Below, piece after piece: positions 24,351 through 37,375 of a stretch of 64,000 nt of DNA. This DNA comes from Camelus ferus (taxonomy: Eukaryota). Under the pieces are notes generated by a model. It saw nothing but the letters and a program-made list of their open reading frames with translations, had not been told where the DNA came from and searched no databases. Where the stretch lies: the NCBI RefSeq assembly GCF_009834535.1, contig NC_045696.1, positions 5,208,001 through 5,272,000 of the forward strand, written 5' to 3'. The position numbers and the translations under genes are program-made. Within the stretch, counting starts at the first letter, position 1; every line of letters begins with the position of its first letter.

Positions 24351-25659
24351 TTCAAAGGGGCCTGTGTAATACTCAAGTTTGGGAAACACTCTTACAAAGA
24401 AGAGGGTGGAGGAACAGGGCCAGACGACTTGCTCCTGGCTCCATCACTCTCTCATCTCACCTCCAGTGGTAGTTTTGGAAACTGAATAAACTAAAACACA
24501 AAATGGGCCCTGTAAATGATGAGGCCCTGTAGAATTGTGTCTATCGCAGTCCTATCCCAGCACTGCAGAATTAAATTAGATGTTCTGAAAGTTTTCACTG
24601 CAATTTGTTGTGTATCTGAGGGTGTGTGCATATTTTGAAAAGAAAAATGGAACTAAACGTCTAACATTAAAACTATAACCTTGGAAGTCCATGCCTTTCT
24701 TATTGCAAAACAAACACACACCTATTTGGTCCATTCAGGACACATCCATTTGTGTAAACTGGTATTGCTATTTCGGAAAAGATAATTTATTAATTCTGCA
24801 GACCTAATGAAAGCGAGTTCAAAACAGCTGGTGGGGCTGGAGGGTGTGCAGCAGAGAATCTATTCTCTTCCTTTTCTCCTTTAAAGAGCTTGATGGCTTT
24901 CTTACACAGGATCTTGATTCTGGCTCATGGCCTAGGACACTGAGGGTGTCACAGACCCTCGGGAGCAAGATGATCACTCTATTAAATTGAGTGCAAAGTC
25001 AATCAACAATCTATCATCAAAATAAAAATGTAACTTCTAAATGTAATTTAGCTCCCCAATGATACGCTTGTGTTGGAAGCACAGAAAATCTAATCTAAAA
25101 TGCCTGGAAGTTTTCTAGACAGAGGCAGAAAAAAAGCAACACCGTGATTTAAAGCAATAGGAATACTTTGAGGGGCCATTCACAAGAAAGATGTTGAATG
25201 TTCTTCTTTTTCCCCAGTCTTCTGAATATTCGAGTCTTTCCTAATGGAGTCGGAGTAATTGCCTCTTCACAAGGTGCTTAAACACATTTCCAAACAAGGT
25301 TTGAATAGCAGATAATGAGACTTTGACAGAATTTTTATATGAACATAAGTTTGACCCTCTCAAAGTAGTCATTTTAAGTCTCCAGAAGCTGTATCAGTGA
25401 TGCTGAAATATGCAAAACCATGTTGGAATGGCTTTCTGAACTTGTTTATAAGCAACTCAAGAAACACAGCTTAAATTTTTTGTTTATACCCTGTTTGTAG
25501 CTTGCAGAGAAGGCCTAGGGCAAATCTCCTTTATTCACTATTCTCAACTCTGAAAGATTTCAGACAATTTCAAAAATTCAAATCCACCATCAAAGAGCAA
25601 GAATTTGCCAATGGGAAGAAGAACGAGTCCGTCTTTGAAAGGATTTGTTTTTTCACCAC

Positions 25660-26178
25660 TGTCAACTGAGAAAAAAATGCACAACCTGAAAGCTGAGAGT
25701 TATGTTTTATTTGGTGGACTTTCAGAGGACTTCTAGCCAGCCTTTCAGACAGCTGTGAGGAACTGCTCAGAAGAGGTAGGGGAGGAGCCAGGATATATAG
25801 ACGTTTTCTGCAACAAAGACCAGGTAGTCGAAACATCAAAAGATGATTGTTAATTGGAGAAAACCAGACGTCTCAGATTAATGAATGCAATACTTGTCTG
25901 TGTATAGGAAGATGCAAGAGTCTGGGCTCATTGAAATCATTCCTCTGATGTGCACCTTAGCTGTCCAGGGCCAGCGTCCCGTTCTTTCCCATCATGGGTC
26001 CCCTCTGGGTGCACCGTTGTGGGTGGCTGAAGAGGCTGAGGGCTTGGCAGCAGGCAGCCTGTTTGTCCCCATCCTGAGTTCCCTCGGACTCACCACCGGA
26101 GGCAGTGGTAATGGTTGATGGCTTGACGAGCACAGCATCCTTTGTCTGCTGACACACAGGCAACATTTTTTATCCATA
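25660..26178 (-). mobile_element. ERV1-class solo LTR (Laurasiatherian/cetartiodactyl type)
   Basis: Minus strand carries TATA-like ctatatatcc (plus 25791-25800) and AATAAA (plus 25706-25711); near-TSD ccac/ccat; internal ~80-bp imperfect duplication (cccatc at 25988 and 26068). Confidence 0.8.
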
Positions 26179-26259
26179 CCATTATATGCCTAGCGCCAGC
26201 CCATGGGGCTTGTTAAATAAACAGCCATACTTCTGAACTTGTTCATAATGTTTTAGATA

Positions 26260-26800
26260 TGTCCTGGAGGGGAGGAAAAGCTTAACTTTTTTCTCCTCTA
26301 CCATCTTAGGTTTATTGGTTAGAACCGTGTAAGTTAGACTGACCAGAGACAGATTAGCAAGTAAAAAATAAACAGAAGTTTATTGATACGTGCAGCTTAT
26401 CTACACAAGAGAGTACCCAGTGATGAATAACTCAAGGGGGTTGGAGCTCAGGCATGTATAGCGTCTTAACAGAAGAATGACACATTTTTGGACAAGTGAT
26501 AAGACATAGGGAAAGGACTCTGAGCTTCTAGGGAAGGCAAATTCTGGGACGGTGCACGTATCGGGGAACAGACGGGAGGTAAGTGCTACCTAGTAAGGTG
26601 TGTCTTGTAGATTGCTCTGGGGCCACCACTGGGCTGATAAAGGTCCAGTGTTGTCTCCAAGGATTAACTTCTGTCCTTCCTTGTAGCAAGGGAAGGGGCG
26701 GGGGCACCTTTACAGATTTATATCTTGCTTTTAGGCAAATGGGGTCGGGCGGGGAACTTTCCTTCTATCTGCTCGATATGTTCACATTCTGAGAAACAGG
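26260..26800 (-). mobile_element. ERV1-class LTR, MER34/MER39-like
   Basis: ctcctctaccatcttagg...gactgaccagagacagattagc...gtttattg...cttgcttttaggcaaatgggg; end approximate. Confidence 0.65.
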
Positions 26801-27879
26801 GAAGGCATTTGGGCTTATACATGAGTTCACTTGAATTTGATGGTGACTAAAACAGCCTGTTTGTAACCTATCAAACATACCCTGTACCTCTGTTTTAATT
26901 ACTAAAGAAAAGGGCACATTGACCAGAAGTAAAGAACGTCCATGTTAAATGTAAAGATGAAGCGCCCCTCTTCCCAGGACGCCAGAGCTGGTCCTCCTTT
27001 GATGACAAGACCCCTTCCCAGGTGCCGAGGCCACGTGGCCTATGTGTGTGTACGTGTGGATCTGTGTTTTTTTTTTGTTTGTTTTTTTTTTGAAATCTTG
27101 ATGAAATGTACCCCTGACTTGTTTAATGGTCTTTGTTCTGACAAGACAGAAAACCCTGCTGGAAACCCTGCTTCTTTGGAGCAGTTTTTCAGAGTCACTG
27201 GGCAGCGGATTCCAGGATAGTCCTCAGTTTGGCTCAAATAATAATGAGACTTATCGACTGTTTACTGATTATTTTCATCAACGAGTCAAAGTGGCACATT
27301 TTGGGACAGCAGAGTCCCCTGTCCTTCAGTGCTGTAGGCCAAGTGTGCCTGTTGAGGGATATGCTTGATTTTTGTGGTTTTTTTTTTTTTTTTCATTTTT
27401 GGCAAACATACTCGTATTTATACATTGAAATAAAAATTATTCATCATTATGGAAAAATATGTATTAATCCCTCTGATGCTGTGGTTGAGCAAGATGTTTT
27501 CCGAAGCCTTTTTGTTGGAATTTATTTAACAAATACCACAGGGCATCACCAGCCCCCCATCAGCTCTCAGTTAGGCGTTTATCCTCAGACAACCAATGAC
27601 ACCCAACAGGAAGTCCAAATGATCCACTGGTTTCTGCATCCTTTCAGGGGACACAACCTGGTCCACAAAAAGGACTCTGTGGGAGAGACTGAGTCAACTC
27701 ACTAATGATGAAAAAACATGCCTACTCTCCTGAGGCAACTTACTGGGCCGAAAAACATTCCAAAAAAGAGTAATTCGCCAACAGAGCTTTAGGGGACCTC
27801 TGAGTTAACTTAGGGAGGTTACCACGGAAGCAAATAAACATACTTCTCCGGGAGAGGTGATAAAAGCTGAGAGCAAACT

Positions 27880-28150
27880 GCTGTGGGAGGCACGTAGGAG
27901 ACAGGAATTCTGGAGGAACCATGAGAGACTGGTATCTGAGCTGAATCATAAAGAATGTACAAGATTTTAGTAAACAAAGAGGAAATAAGATATTACAGAA
28001 TCTGGAAGGGAAGGCAGGGGAGCATATTTAACATTTTCTTTTCTTTCAGACACTTAGCAGGCATCTCCTGGGCACACACAGTGAGTCAAGCCCCGCAGGT
28101 GCACAGATCAGGGAAACACGCTACTACTTTCTGAAAGGCTCATAGTCCAG
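27880..28150 (-). mobile_element. L2 LINE fragments
   Basis: tatctgagctgaatcataaagaatg and gcaggcatctcctggg...ctgaaaggctcatagtccagtg. Confidence 0.45.
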
Positions 28151-28368
28151 TGCAGTTTCTCAGCACTAGAAGCCAGATTTGGGGATGGATGATTCTTTGC
28201 TGCCGGGCTGTCCTATGCATTATCAGATGTTTAGCAACAACCCTGGCCTCTACTCATTGGATGCCGGTAACAGCATCCATATAGTCACTACATAAAATGT
28301 CTCCAGGCATCGTCAAATTCTCTTGGGTGGAGGGAGTGCTGTAAAAGGCCCTTAGTTGAGAACTGCTG
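28151..28368. mobile_element. MER20 (hAT-Charlie) DNA transposon
   Basis: ggctgtcctatgcattatcagatgtttagcaacaaccctggcctctac...aaaatgtctccaggcat...gttgagaactgctg. Confidence 0.85.
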
Positions 28369-29679
28369 CTCTAGGGGAGCAAGAGGGACAGTGAGGAGAT
28401 GACGCAGAGCCCAGTAGTGAGTGCATGATGGAGACGCACAGAGAAGCCCCACCCCCGTCCGGCCCCCAGCAGCCCAAGGGACCAGAGATGGATGCCAGTC
28501 AGCAGGACAACAGGATCTGAGTCTTGACAAATAAATGGAGATTGTGAAAATCAAATTTTAGGGAAGAATATTGTTTTTAGGGTAAGAATTATCCAGTCCT
28601 ATGGAGATGTCCGGTTAGCCCTTACCATTGGATTTAGTGTCCAAGGGAAAGGCAGAAGACCACAGATGAAAACCCAGGGGTCACACGAAGAGGAGGGGAT
28701 GTTGAAACCCTGGGTTTTAGTGAAATTAGGAGTGAACACCCAGGAGCAGGAGAAATGAGCACAGCAAGTAACAAAATTGTGCCCAAAAGGACCCCTCAAG
28801 GGAAACGCCAAAGAAAAGAACAGTAAACCCGGCTGGAATTTTGGAGGTGAGGGACACGGGGAAGCCTCTGGGTTTTGTCCAGAGGCCACCTGAGGACCTT
28901 CCGTGGAGCTTTCAGAAACCAGAGTGTAAGGGACACACGTGGGACACGAGGCTAAGGCAGCTGCAGAGCTGGCATGGAAGGGGCGTGGGAGGGTGGTGGT
29001 AAAGGGTCGTCAGCGTTGAAATAAAAAGCAGATTTGTTTAGCCGAGCAAAGACAAAGCTGTCTCTAAGCCAAGGGAGCAGAACAGGGAGAGGGCGTCCGC
29101 TTCATGGTGCCGGGCTTCTGGGGACTCAGCAGCAAGACAACAAATGGGACTTTTCCTTTAAAAGGAAGAGTGTCTGCTTCTGCCGCGGGGTAGGATGTAG
29201 CAGTCAGGCCAGCGCTCCTGCTGTGGCAACCACAGCAAGGTGGATAAATTACAGAACTACAATTTCAAGGCATCAGAGAACTGCAGAAGCAATAAGGCCT
29301 AGACAAACTAAGATTCCAAACATGGGAAAGTCATTCTCAGATTAAATGATGATGGCCAGCCATTTCTCCCCTTGGGGATGCTCTGTTCCTGGTGGGTGCT
29401 GAAGATCAGGACAAGCAGAAGGCTTCTGTTGAAACAGAGAGAAACAAAGTTTCTAACAGCAAACTAGGCTGCTGTGGCAGCGGGAAATGAGAGGGGCCTT
29501 GGGACAGTCTCTGGGTTCCGAGCCACTTGGGAGATGGGGGAGGCTGGCCAAGATCTCTAAACAACTAAGTGACTTTACCTGCATTCTCTTGGTGCTTTAA
29601 AGACAAGGGAGTCTGCCTTGAACACAAGGCAGAGCTTCCCTGAAGACATTTGCCAGATTTTGAAAACTGTGTGTGGAGG

Positions 29680-30217
29680 TGTGGTGAGTTAAAATACGTT
29701 CACAAATGCTTTGACACTCTTCCCTTAATGGAACGAATCTCCCTCCCCTTGAGTGGGGGCTCTGCACAGTGACACAATTCTAGGGAATAGAATATGGCAG
29801 ACATAATGGGGTGTGACTTTTAAGCTTAGGTCATAGAGACATTGTGACTTCCATCTTGCTCTCTCTTGAATCACTCCTTCTGGGGGAAACCATCTGCCAT
29901 GTCATAAGGATGCCCAAGTGTCCTATAGAGAGGCTACACTGTGAAAAAGGGGCCTCTGGCCAACAATCAGAGAGGAAAAAGAGGGCACAGGTCAACAGCC
30001 AAGTAACCAAGCTTGCAAGCAAATCTCTTGGCTCCAGTCCAGTCTTGATCTTGATGGCAACACCAGCCAACATCTTGACTGCAGCCTCAGGAGAGAACCT
30101 GAGCCAAATCACCCCACTAAGTGGCTCCTAAATACATGACCCACAGAAACTGAGACAATAATGCTTGTCTTCTTAAGCTTCTAAGTTTGGGGTAATTAGT
30201 GATGCAGAAATAGGTAA
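29680..30217 (+). mobile_element. MaLR LTR, MLT1F-like
   Basis: tgtggtgagttaaaat...gaatagaatatggcaga...ccagccaacatcttgactgcagcctc...ctaagtttggggtaatt. Confidence 0.8.
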
Positions 30218-30249
30218 AGTTAAAGAGCTAAATTGAAAAACCTCTGAAG

Positions 30250-31020
30250 GGCAGAACTGAACTTTCTGGTCTTTCGGGGCTAAGATAAAGACTTATTAGG
30301 TTGTGGATCAAAAGCCTGAAGCATGGTAAGCCAGATGTAAGCTGAATCTTACTAAAATTGCAGCTCAGCCCCTAACTCAGCTCAATCTTGGTTATACCAA
30401 AGTGATCAGCCTCTTATCTTCTCTGCTTAAAGAGGGGGAAAAAAAAAAACAAGTCTTTTGGGAGGAAGATAACATCAGCTGGAGTGTCTACTGTTCTTTT
30501 ATAAATCATATGAATTTTTAAATCAGGTATGTAAAGAGAGAAGACCTATGACTAATAATCAGTAGAAAAAACATTCAATAGGAGTAGAAACACAGATAAG
30601 CTAGATATTGGAGATGGCAATCAAGGATTTTAACCTGATTAATATGTTTCTTTAAATGAAGGGAAAGAATCATAATATAGACAAAAAGATAAAGATTTTT
30701 TCCAAAGAACTTATGTTCATAAAATATCAAACAGACATCCAAAACTTTTAAAAGTATAATGTCTCAAGTTGAGATAATAGTGGATAGGCTAACAGCAGAC
30801 TGGACATGCAGAACTTAGTATTAGTAATTTGGAAGAAAAGCCAGTAGAAATTGTCCAAATTGCAGACAGAAAAAAATAGTGGGAAAAACAAGTAAGAGCA
30901 TAAATGACATATGGAATACTCTCAGAAGTTCCAACATACATACATTTCGTGTCCCACAGAGGAGAAAATTGGGCAGAAGTAACAATTAATGGCTGAGAAT
31001 TTTGCAGCAATGAAAAAAGG
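30250..31020 (+). mobile_element. Old L1 (L1M-type) 5'/ORF1 relic
   Basis: gataggctaacagcagactggac...attagtaatttggaaga and gttccaacatacatac...aatggctgagaatttt match the ORF1 coiled-coil/RRM region; many stops. Confidence 0.6.
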
Positions 31021-31391
31021 AAGAGAGATATTTTCTCTTCTGAAATATTAATTAGCAAGAGAGAAGAGAGGATGAAGAGGAATTCTGAAACTGAGGTGTA
31101 AGAAGCTGTGTCTTCTCAGTGAAGCAGGGCACAAGTTCACCTTCAGAGTGAGGCAGTTTTAGAAAGTAAGTATAACTGAAGAGAACAGAAAAGGGTAGAT
31201 CATCCACTGTGGGCAATTCACTAGGGAATTAACTAGAATAATTGATAAGAAATGTCAAGTAGCAAGGCGGCCTCAGTTGAGGTTATATAAAATAATTTTG
31301 TGATGAGAGTAATGAATTTTATTGAGTATCTTTTTCTAATAGTATCTAAAAGCTCACCATCGAGACTATAAAAACATGTGCGTGTTCATGG

Positions 31392-31392
<1 letters not shown>

Positions 31393-31426
<34 letters not shown>
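31393..31426 (+). repeat. (CA)17 microsatellite
   Basis: Directly visible. Confidence 0.95.
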
Positions 31427-31427
<1 letters not shown>

Positions 31428-32399
31428 GAATTTTATCAATGTTAGACAAAAGCAAAATGGGTGATGAAGAAATCAAGCAGATATTGAAACTAAGGACACT
31501 AGTAAGGGAACAGTTAAAATGGAAAATGGTTGATCATCTCAGCCAGACCAAGTGGGGAAACTAGTAAAAAATGATTGAAGGACTGGGAGAAAAGGGGGGA
31601 GGTTGTAAGCTGCTGGTTTGATGGAGGAAAAAAGGACATTTGGAGTGAGACAGAGGAAGAGACCAACGGTTGCAGCCATGGTGAGGAATGCGCCTTCCTT
31701 GAAAATAGAGTAATTCTGCACGATTATAAGACCCAGAAAAAGGCCATGAACAAGTTTCTGAAATGAAATGCAAATGAAGAACACTGATGTCAAGACGGGT
31801 GAAAAACTGAAGCCAACAGTCTCTTCATTTCCTTAGATCTGAGTTAAAAACCCAGCTCAGAGCCCTACAGCCTCCCCTATACTTTATCTTCTCCCACGGT
31901 TTCCTACCTTCCGCTAAAATGCAGTGTTTTTGCTGGGATTTTTCATTAAGTTCTAACTTTTAATAAAAGTTTCATGCTGCAAGTTTCCTTGCTGACATGA
32001 AGCCATCTTTTTAAATGTCTAGTCAAACTGTTAAATATAAAAATATAGACATAACATTCTTTGAAAAGTCACCCTATATAAATGCCCATCTATTTGCTTT
32101 TCAAGCCCCCGCTAAAGGTAACATACAAACTTACAGAATTTGAACTTCCCCCAAATCCACTGGCTCTTGAAATTCAAGGTGGAAAACATCAGGTCAGCGT
32201 TTTTCAAAAAGAGAAGCAAGTCAGAACAGCCAGCTCAGACCGACAGCTCAACTGCTCCATAGAACATCAGCACTGATAGAAGCAGATTGTTGGGACAACT
32301 CAGAGGAAAGGTGACTTGGAAAATGCAACAAAGATGTCTGTGCCCTTAGCCCCACAGCCTCCCCTCTACCCTCACTTAACAGTTTGTTAATGCAGCCTG

Positions 32400-33112
32400 C
32401 ACCGTGGAAAACAATATGGAGTTTTCTCAAAAAACTAAAAATAGAAACTACCATATGACCCAGCAATTCCACTCCTGAGTAGATATTTGAAAAAACCCAA
32501 AGCACTAATTTGAAAAGATACATACACCCCAATGTTAGTAGCAGCACTATTTATAATAGCCAAGATATGGAAGCAACTGAAGTGGCCACCAACAGATAAA
32601 TGGATAAAGAAAATGCAAGATACGTATATCTCACAATGTGTGCACACACGCACAGTGGAATACTATGCAGCCATAAAAAAGGAATGAAATTTTGCCATTT
32701 GTAGCAACATGGATGGACCAGGCAGGCATTTTGCTAAGTGAAATTAAGTCAGACCGAGAAAGACAAATACTGTATGATATCACTTGTATGTGGAATCTAA
32801 AAAACACAACTAGTGAATATAACAAAAAAGAAGCAGACTCAGATCTAGAGAAGAAACTAGTGGTTACTAGTGGGGAGAGGGAAAGAGGGAGGTAATACAG
32901 GGGTGGGGGATTAAGAGATACAAACTATTAGGTATAAAATAAGCTACAGAGATAAACTGTTCAACACTGGGAATAGAGCCAATATTTTATAATGACTATC
33001 GATGGAGTATAACCTTTTAAAATTGTGAATCACTAAATTGTACACCTGTAACTTATATAATATTGTACAATAAATATAATTCATTTCTTAAAAAAAAGAA
33101 GGAAAAGAAGAA
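32400..33112 (+). mobile_element. 5'-truncated L1 (ORF2 C-terminus + 3'UTR + A-tail) with 13-bp TSD
   Basis: ccatatgacccagcaattccactcct; MPFVATWMD = ORF2p C-terminus; TSD ttaatgc(a/t)gcctg at 32387-32399 and 33113-33125 (1 mismatch). Confidence 0.9.
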
Positions 33113-35241
33113 TTAATGCTGCCTGTTTGCCTAATGGTGATCTATACCTTGTGGAGCTACAGGTGATAATTTGTGAGAAATTAGGGCTGACGTGTGCTGC
33201 AGGTATGTGGCTGTAAGGCACCTGAAGCATCAGTTAACTCTCCAAGGCTTGTTAGATGCCTCTTGAAATGGAGCTCCGTGATTTAATCACGCATCCATAG
33301 ACATGACTTCAGCCTCAGATGAACTTAACCCTGAGACCCACAGAGGTGTTGCCTCTTTCCATGAAACTTAATTTCTCACCATGGTTTCTTTAAATTGAGG
33401 CTTATAGGCTAAATACACCTTTAAAGCCAAGGACAAAGTTAGTGGACTCACATAATTTTTAAAAATACTATTTCCATTTTGTTTTATTCTACCATGCACC
33501 ATAATTCCCCAATGTCAAAACTTATTTTTAAAATCTATTTTGCACTGTTTATTGAGAGTGCTAAAACCAGAAAGAAACTGATTTTTCATAAGCTTGATTT
33601 CATTTCCATGACACTGGCTCGCAATCCTAAGTTTTAAAGACATTAGTAAGCTTCCAGAAATAGTTCCTAGAACAATAGCCAAGAGAAAACAGCCACTTTT
33701 TGTCAGCAGGAAGCCTGACTATCCTTGGATACACTTTTTTCTTTTTTTAGTATAATAAATTCATTTTACAAAATTCACTTTGGATTTGGGACTTAGTAAC
33801 AGAATGCTACAGCAAATCTAATGGAAATTTATAAGAACCAACATAAAGGTTGTCCTAACTCTGCACCAAAGTGACTGATACAAGATTTTTAGTTTCTTAA
33901 ACCTGTTCTTCCCACTAATAGGAGGTAGTGTGTTCTGATCTCCCTTTAAGCTCTTCTTTTCCAATTTAGAGCCTTTGTGTGGCATAATTTCAACAATATT
34001 CAAAAACTGTTGCTCTCTCTTCTGTACCTTGCAAAGGCTCAGTAAGATCAGTGAATAAATCCCCAAAGAAACCATCACCTAAATTACTGATCACTTTGCA
34101 AGCAAAGTATTTTTTATGTTGGCCTTCCCAAGTAAAAAGTTCAGTGGCAAACCTGTGAGTTAAAACCCCACAGCGTTTTAGCTTTCTGACCATTCTGCTT
34201 TTTGGAGAAAAGGTTACAGAGCCTGTGACACTAGCCCGCTGCATCTCGCCAGGTGGCTTCTAGTTTTAGCAATAAGCACTTTAAATTTTCTCTGAGAGCA
34301 TCCTTCATAGCTGCTCCAGAGGTAGCTGGGAGAACCAAGTATCTCTTACATCTTCACATTTTATAAACTGTCACTTCCTCTTTAATGTCTCTATTTTAAC
34401 ACAATTCCTTAGAGCTGTAGCCTGAACCAGCCATATCTGAGGGCTACGCACGAGAACCCTGAACTCCAGGATTCAGAAAGAAAGGGAAAGAAAGTAACAA
34501 AACACAGAGCCATCTTCCCTGAAGACTGGCTTTCTTCCCTGGTGGGTGATTTACAACGCAAACACTGGCGAATAGCACAGACGTGTGTGTGAGTTTTGAG
34601 GCTAGAACACCAGCTTGCAAACCAATCTCAGGCCTTTGAGCCTGTCATGTCTTAGGCTGAACATGACATTAAATTTACCTTGGAGTTTTCTCCTCTACAG
34701 TCGCAGAAATGAAATCCAAAAAGAACTTGCAGAACTTGAGTTTCAAAGCAGATTTTCTCTGCAATGCAAAAACACCCCAAGGTGCTCTGTTACGAGGTGT
34801 TGGACACGGCTAATTCTCTCAGGCAGCATTCATTCAGCAAAAATTCACTGAGTGTTTGCAAAGGTGCCAGATACTGAGCAGGGCCCATGGTTCCCCACAC
34901 CTCTCCCGGGTCTGCTGTGTTGGTCCTCTGTCTTTGTATTCTAGAATATTCAACCCCCTTCTGAGGCCCATTCAGGGGGACCCCATTCAATTCACAGCTG
35001 AACCAGAAGGCTGTATTAATACGTAGATCCAAGAATGAAAAAAACAACAACACTGTGGTGGGGAACTGTGAATATGTCTGTTCCAGATAAGACCCTACTT
35101 CGTGCTGGTGCCAGATGTGGGTGTCTTGCAAATGAGAAAAGGCAGGGGGCCTGATCCTTGTCGTTACATAATTAGTAATCTCAACTTGCAGAAGAGGACA
35201 CAGGAGACAACTGACAAACAACTTTACAAAAATAGACAAGG

Positions 35242-35388
35242 AGGGAGGGTCTAGCTCAGTGGTAGAGCCATGCTTAGCACGCATGAAGTCCTGAGTGCAA
35301 TCCCCAGTACCTCCATTCAAATTTTTTTTTAATAAATAAAAATATTAAACCTAACTACCTCCCCCCGCAAAAAAAAAAAAATAAAAAA
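35242..35388 (+). mobile_element. Camelid tRNA-Ala-derived SINE (Vic-1 type)
   Basis: Head 35243-35315 resembles tRNA-Ala(AGC); A-box TAGCTCAGTGG 35252-35262; degenerate B-box GAGTGCAATCC; family tail aaacctaactacctcccccc followed by poly(A). Confidence 0.85.
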
Positions 35389-36249
35389 TTAACAGAAGAA
35401 AAAGTATGACGCATCACAGGACATGCTGGGCATATACTAAGTATGGGCAGCCTGGACAAGGTAATTCACACAGTGGTACGTCCAGAGACCAGTCCAGACG
35501 TTGACTGTCAGGAGAAAACCATGACTCAGACGTCAGCAAGGACGGAGGGGCCGGAGTCTCCTTGAGGAGCAGCCAGCGGAAAACCCAGAAGAGATGGAGA
35601 AAATGGAGGATGCCAGTCAGGGGGTCCCAGATAGAGCTACACCTGGTTTTCCAGAGCAGAACCAGCTCAGGGCATAGAACTCAAAGACCATTGCAGGGCA
35701 AGCTGCTATTTCTGGGATTTTCATATGTATCTTAACCTCCCCCTTCCAAGAATTTTGGCCCAAGGAGTGACCGAGAGTTGACAGGGTGTGTCCTGACGGT
35801 GGCCCAGCCCTTTCACAAGAGCTCTGTCCCTCTGTGGCCCAATGATGTAAAGATACCAGAACCTTCTCAGAACACAGAAATCCCTTCAACACCTGACTCT
35901 ACGGGTGGTCTGCTGGTCGGGAGTTCGAACATGCTCCGGATTCTCTACCTGGTCTGTTTTTCAGACCCAGAGCCCCACTGCTCCAGAACATTCCTGACAG
36001 GACACCCACCACTGCTGGGCTGCGTAGCCTGCATAACAAAGTGGCACATTTAATATTAATAGACTTTCTGTTTCGTTCATTTGCTGCTTAATGACCTACT
36101 GGAGACAATCTTCAGAACTTTTAATATGTCAGATTAGCTGTACTCCATTGACTTCCAGCCCGTTCTTTCTGGGAAATATTTTTACAGATTCATTAGTCAA
36201 TCATCCAGTCTCTGTGGAGGCAATATATTTTCCAGATATGTCATTTTTT

Positions 36250-36479
36250 TCATTTTTTACTTTTTTTTATTGAAGTATAGTCAGTTTACAATATTATGTC
36301 AGTTTCTGGTGTACAGCACGATGTTTCAGTCACACATACACACATAGAAATTCCTTTTCATACTCTTTCATTGTAGGTTACTACAAGATATTGAATATAG
36401 TTCCTTGTGCTCTACAGTAGAAACTTGGTGTATATCTATTATTTACATAGTAATTAGTATCTGCAAATCTTGAACTCCC
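36250..36479 (-). mobile_element. 5'-truncated L1 3'UTR
   Basis: tttattgaagtatagtcagtttacaat...ggtgtacagca...ggttactacaagatattgaatatagttcc. Confidence 0.85.
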
Positions 36480-36579
36480 TGTTAAGACCTGGACATTGTC
36501 ATTCTAAGTGAATATCTCACTTTTGATAGGCACAAGAGACAAGAAACACCCCCAAGAGAAGAGCAGTGATCAGGGCAAC

Positions 36580-36985
36580 TGTATTAACTTCCTGTGGCTG
36601 CTGTACTAAATTATTCTCTCATAATTCTGGGGAAGTCCAAAATCAAGGTACGGACAGGGCCATACTCCCTCTGGGGGCTCTAGGGGAGAGTCCAGCCCTT
36701 ACTTCTTCTCGCTTCTGGAGCTCCTTGTGACAGGATCACTCCACTCTCTGACTCTGTGACCGCGTGGCCGTCTCCTCTCCTGTCCGTATAATCTTCCTCT
36801 GCCTCATTCTCTTAAGGACACTTGTCATTGGCTTTGGGGCCACCCAGATAATCCGTTGTGGGCATCTCATCTCAAGATCTTTAACTTACTCACATCGGCA
36901 AAGGTCCTTTTTCATAACAAGATGATTTTCACAGGGTCCAGAGCTTAGGAAGTGTACATACCATTTTGGTGACCAACTGTTTTCC
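36580..36985 (-). mobile_element. MaLR LTR, MLT1C/D-like
   Basis: tgtattaacttcctgtggctgctgta...gaagtccaaaatcaagg...taaggacacttgtcattgg...catctcaagatctttaac. Confidence 0.8.
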
Positions 36986-37114
36986 AGAGCCTGCGGGGTT
37001 CCCCACGATGTGGGATGTTTGGCACCAACATTTGGACTAGCTGGTTACCTTGACTCTGAGAAGCAGACTTCAGAAGACCAACACTCTTAGGCAGGATTAG
37101 GCCTAACTAAGATG

Positions 37115-37299
37115 GAGTGGGTTCTCAAAGTGTGGTCCGCAGACCAGAGTGTCAGCATCACCTGGGAATTTGTTAGAAATGAAAATTCTTGGGCCCCACC
37201 CCAGACCGAGCAAATCAGAAACCCCAAGGGTGAGGCTCAGAAATCTGTCTTTATAAGTGCTCGAGATGATTTTGATATACGCATTGCTGGAGACTCACT
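37115..37299. mobile_element. MER5A DNA transposon
   Basis: ggttctcaaagtgtggtcc...cagcatcacctgggaatttgttagaaatgaaaattcttgggccccacccc. Confidence 0.85.
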
Positions 37300-37375
37300 A
37301 GAGTAAGATTTGAATCTTGGCCAAGAGAGAATACAAATTGGGCAAAGGAAAAAAAAAAAAAAAAAACGTCTGGAA

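Noticed and set aside
27028-27041. Perfect 14-bp palindrome aggccacgtggcct
   Set aside because: About 4 such palindromes are expected by chance in 64 kb
32692-32895. ORFs 32692-32895 and 49460-49861 as host genes
   Set aside because: They match L1 ORF2p fragments with frameshifts and loss of the catalytic motif
35243-35315. tRNA-Ala(AGC) gene
   Set aside because: Mutated T-loop/B-box and stems, followed by a SINE tail and poly(A); it is a SINE head
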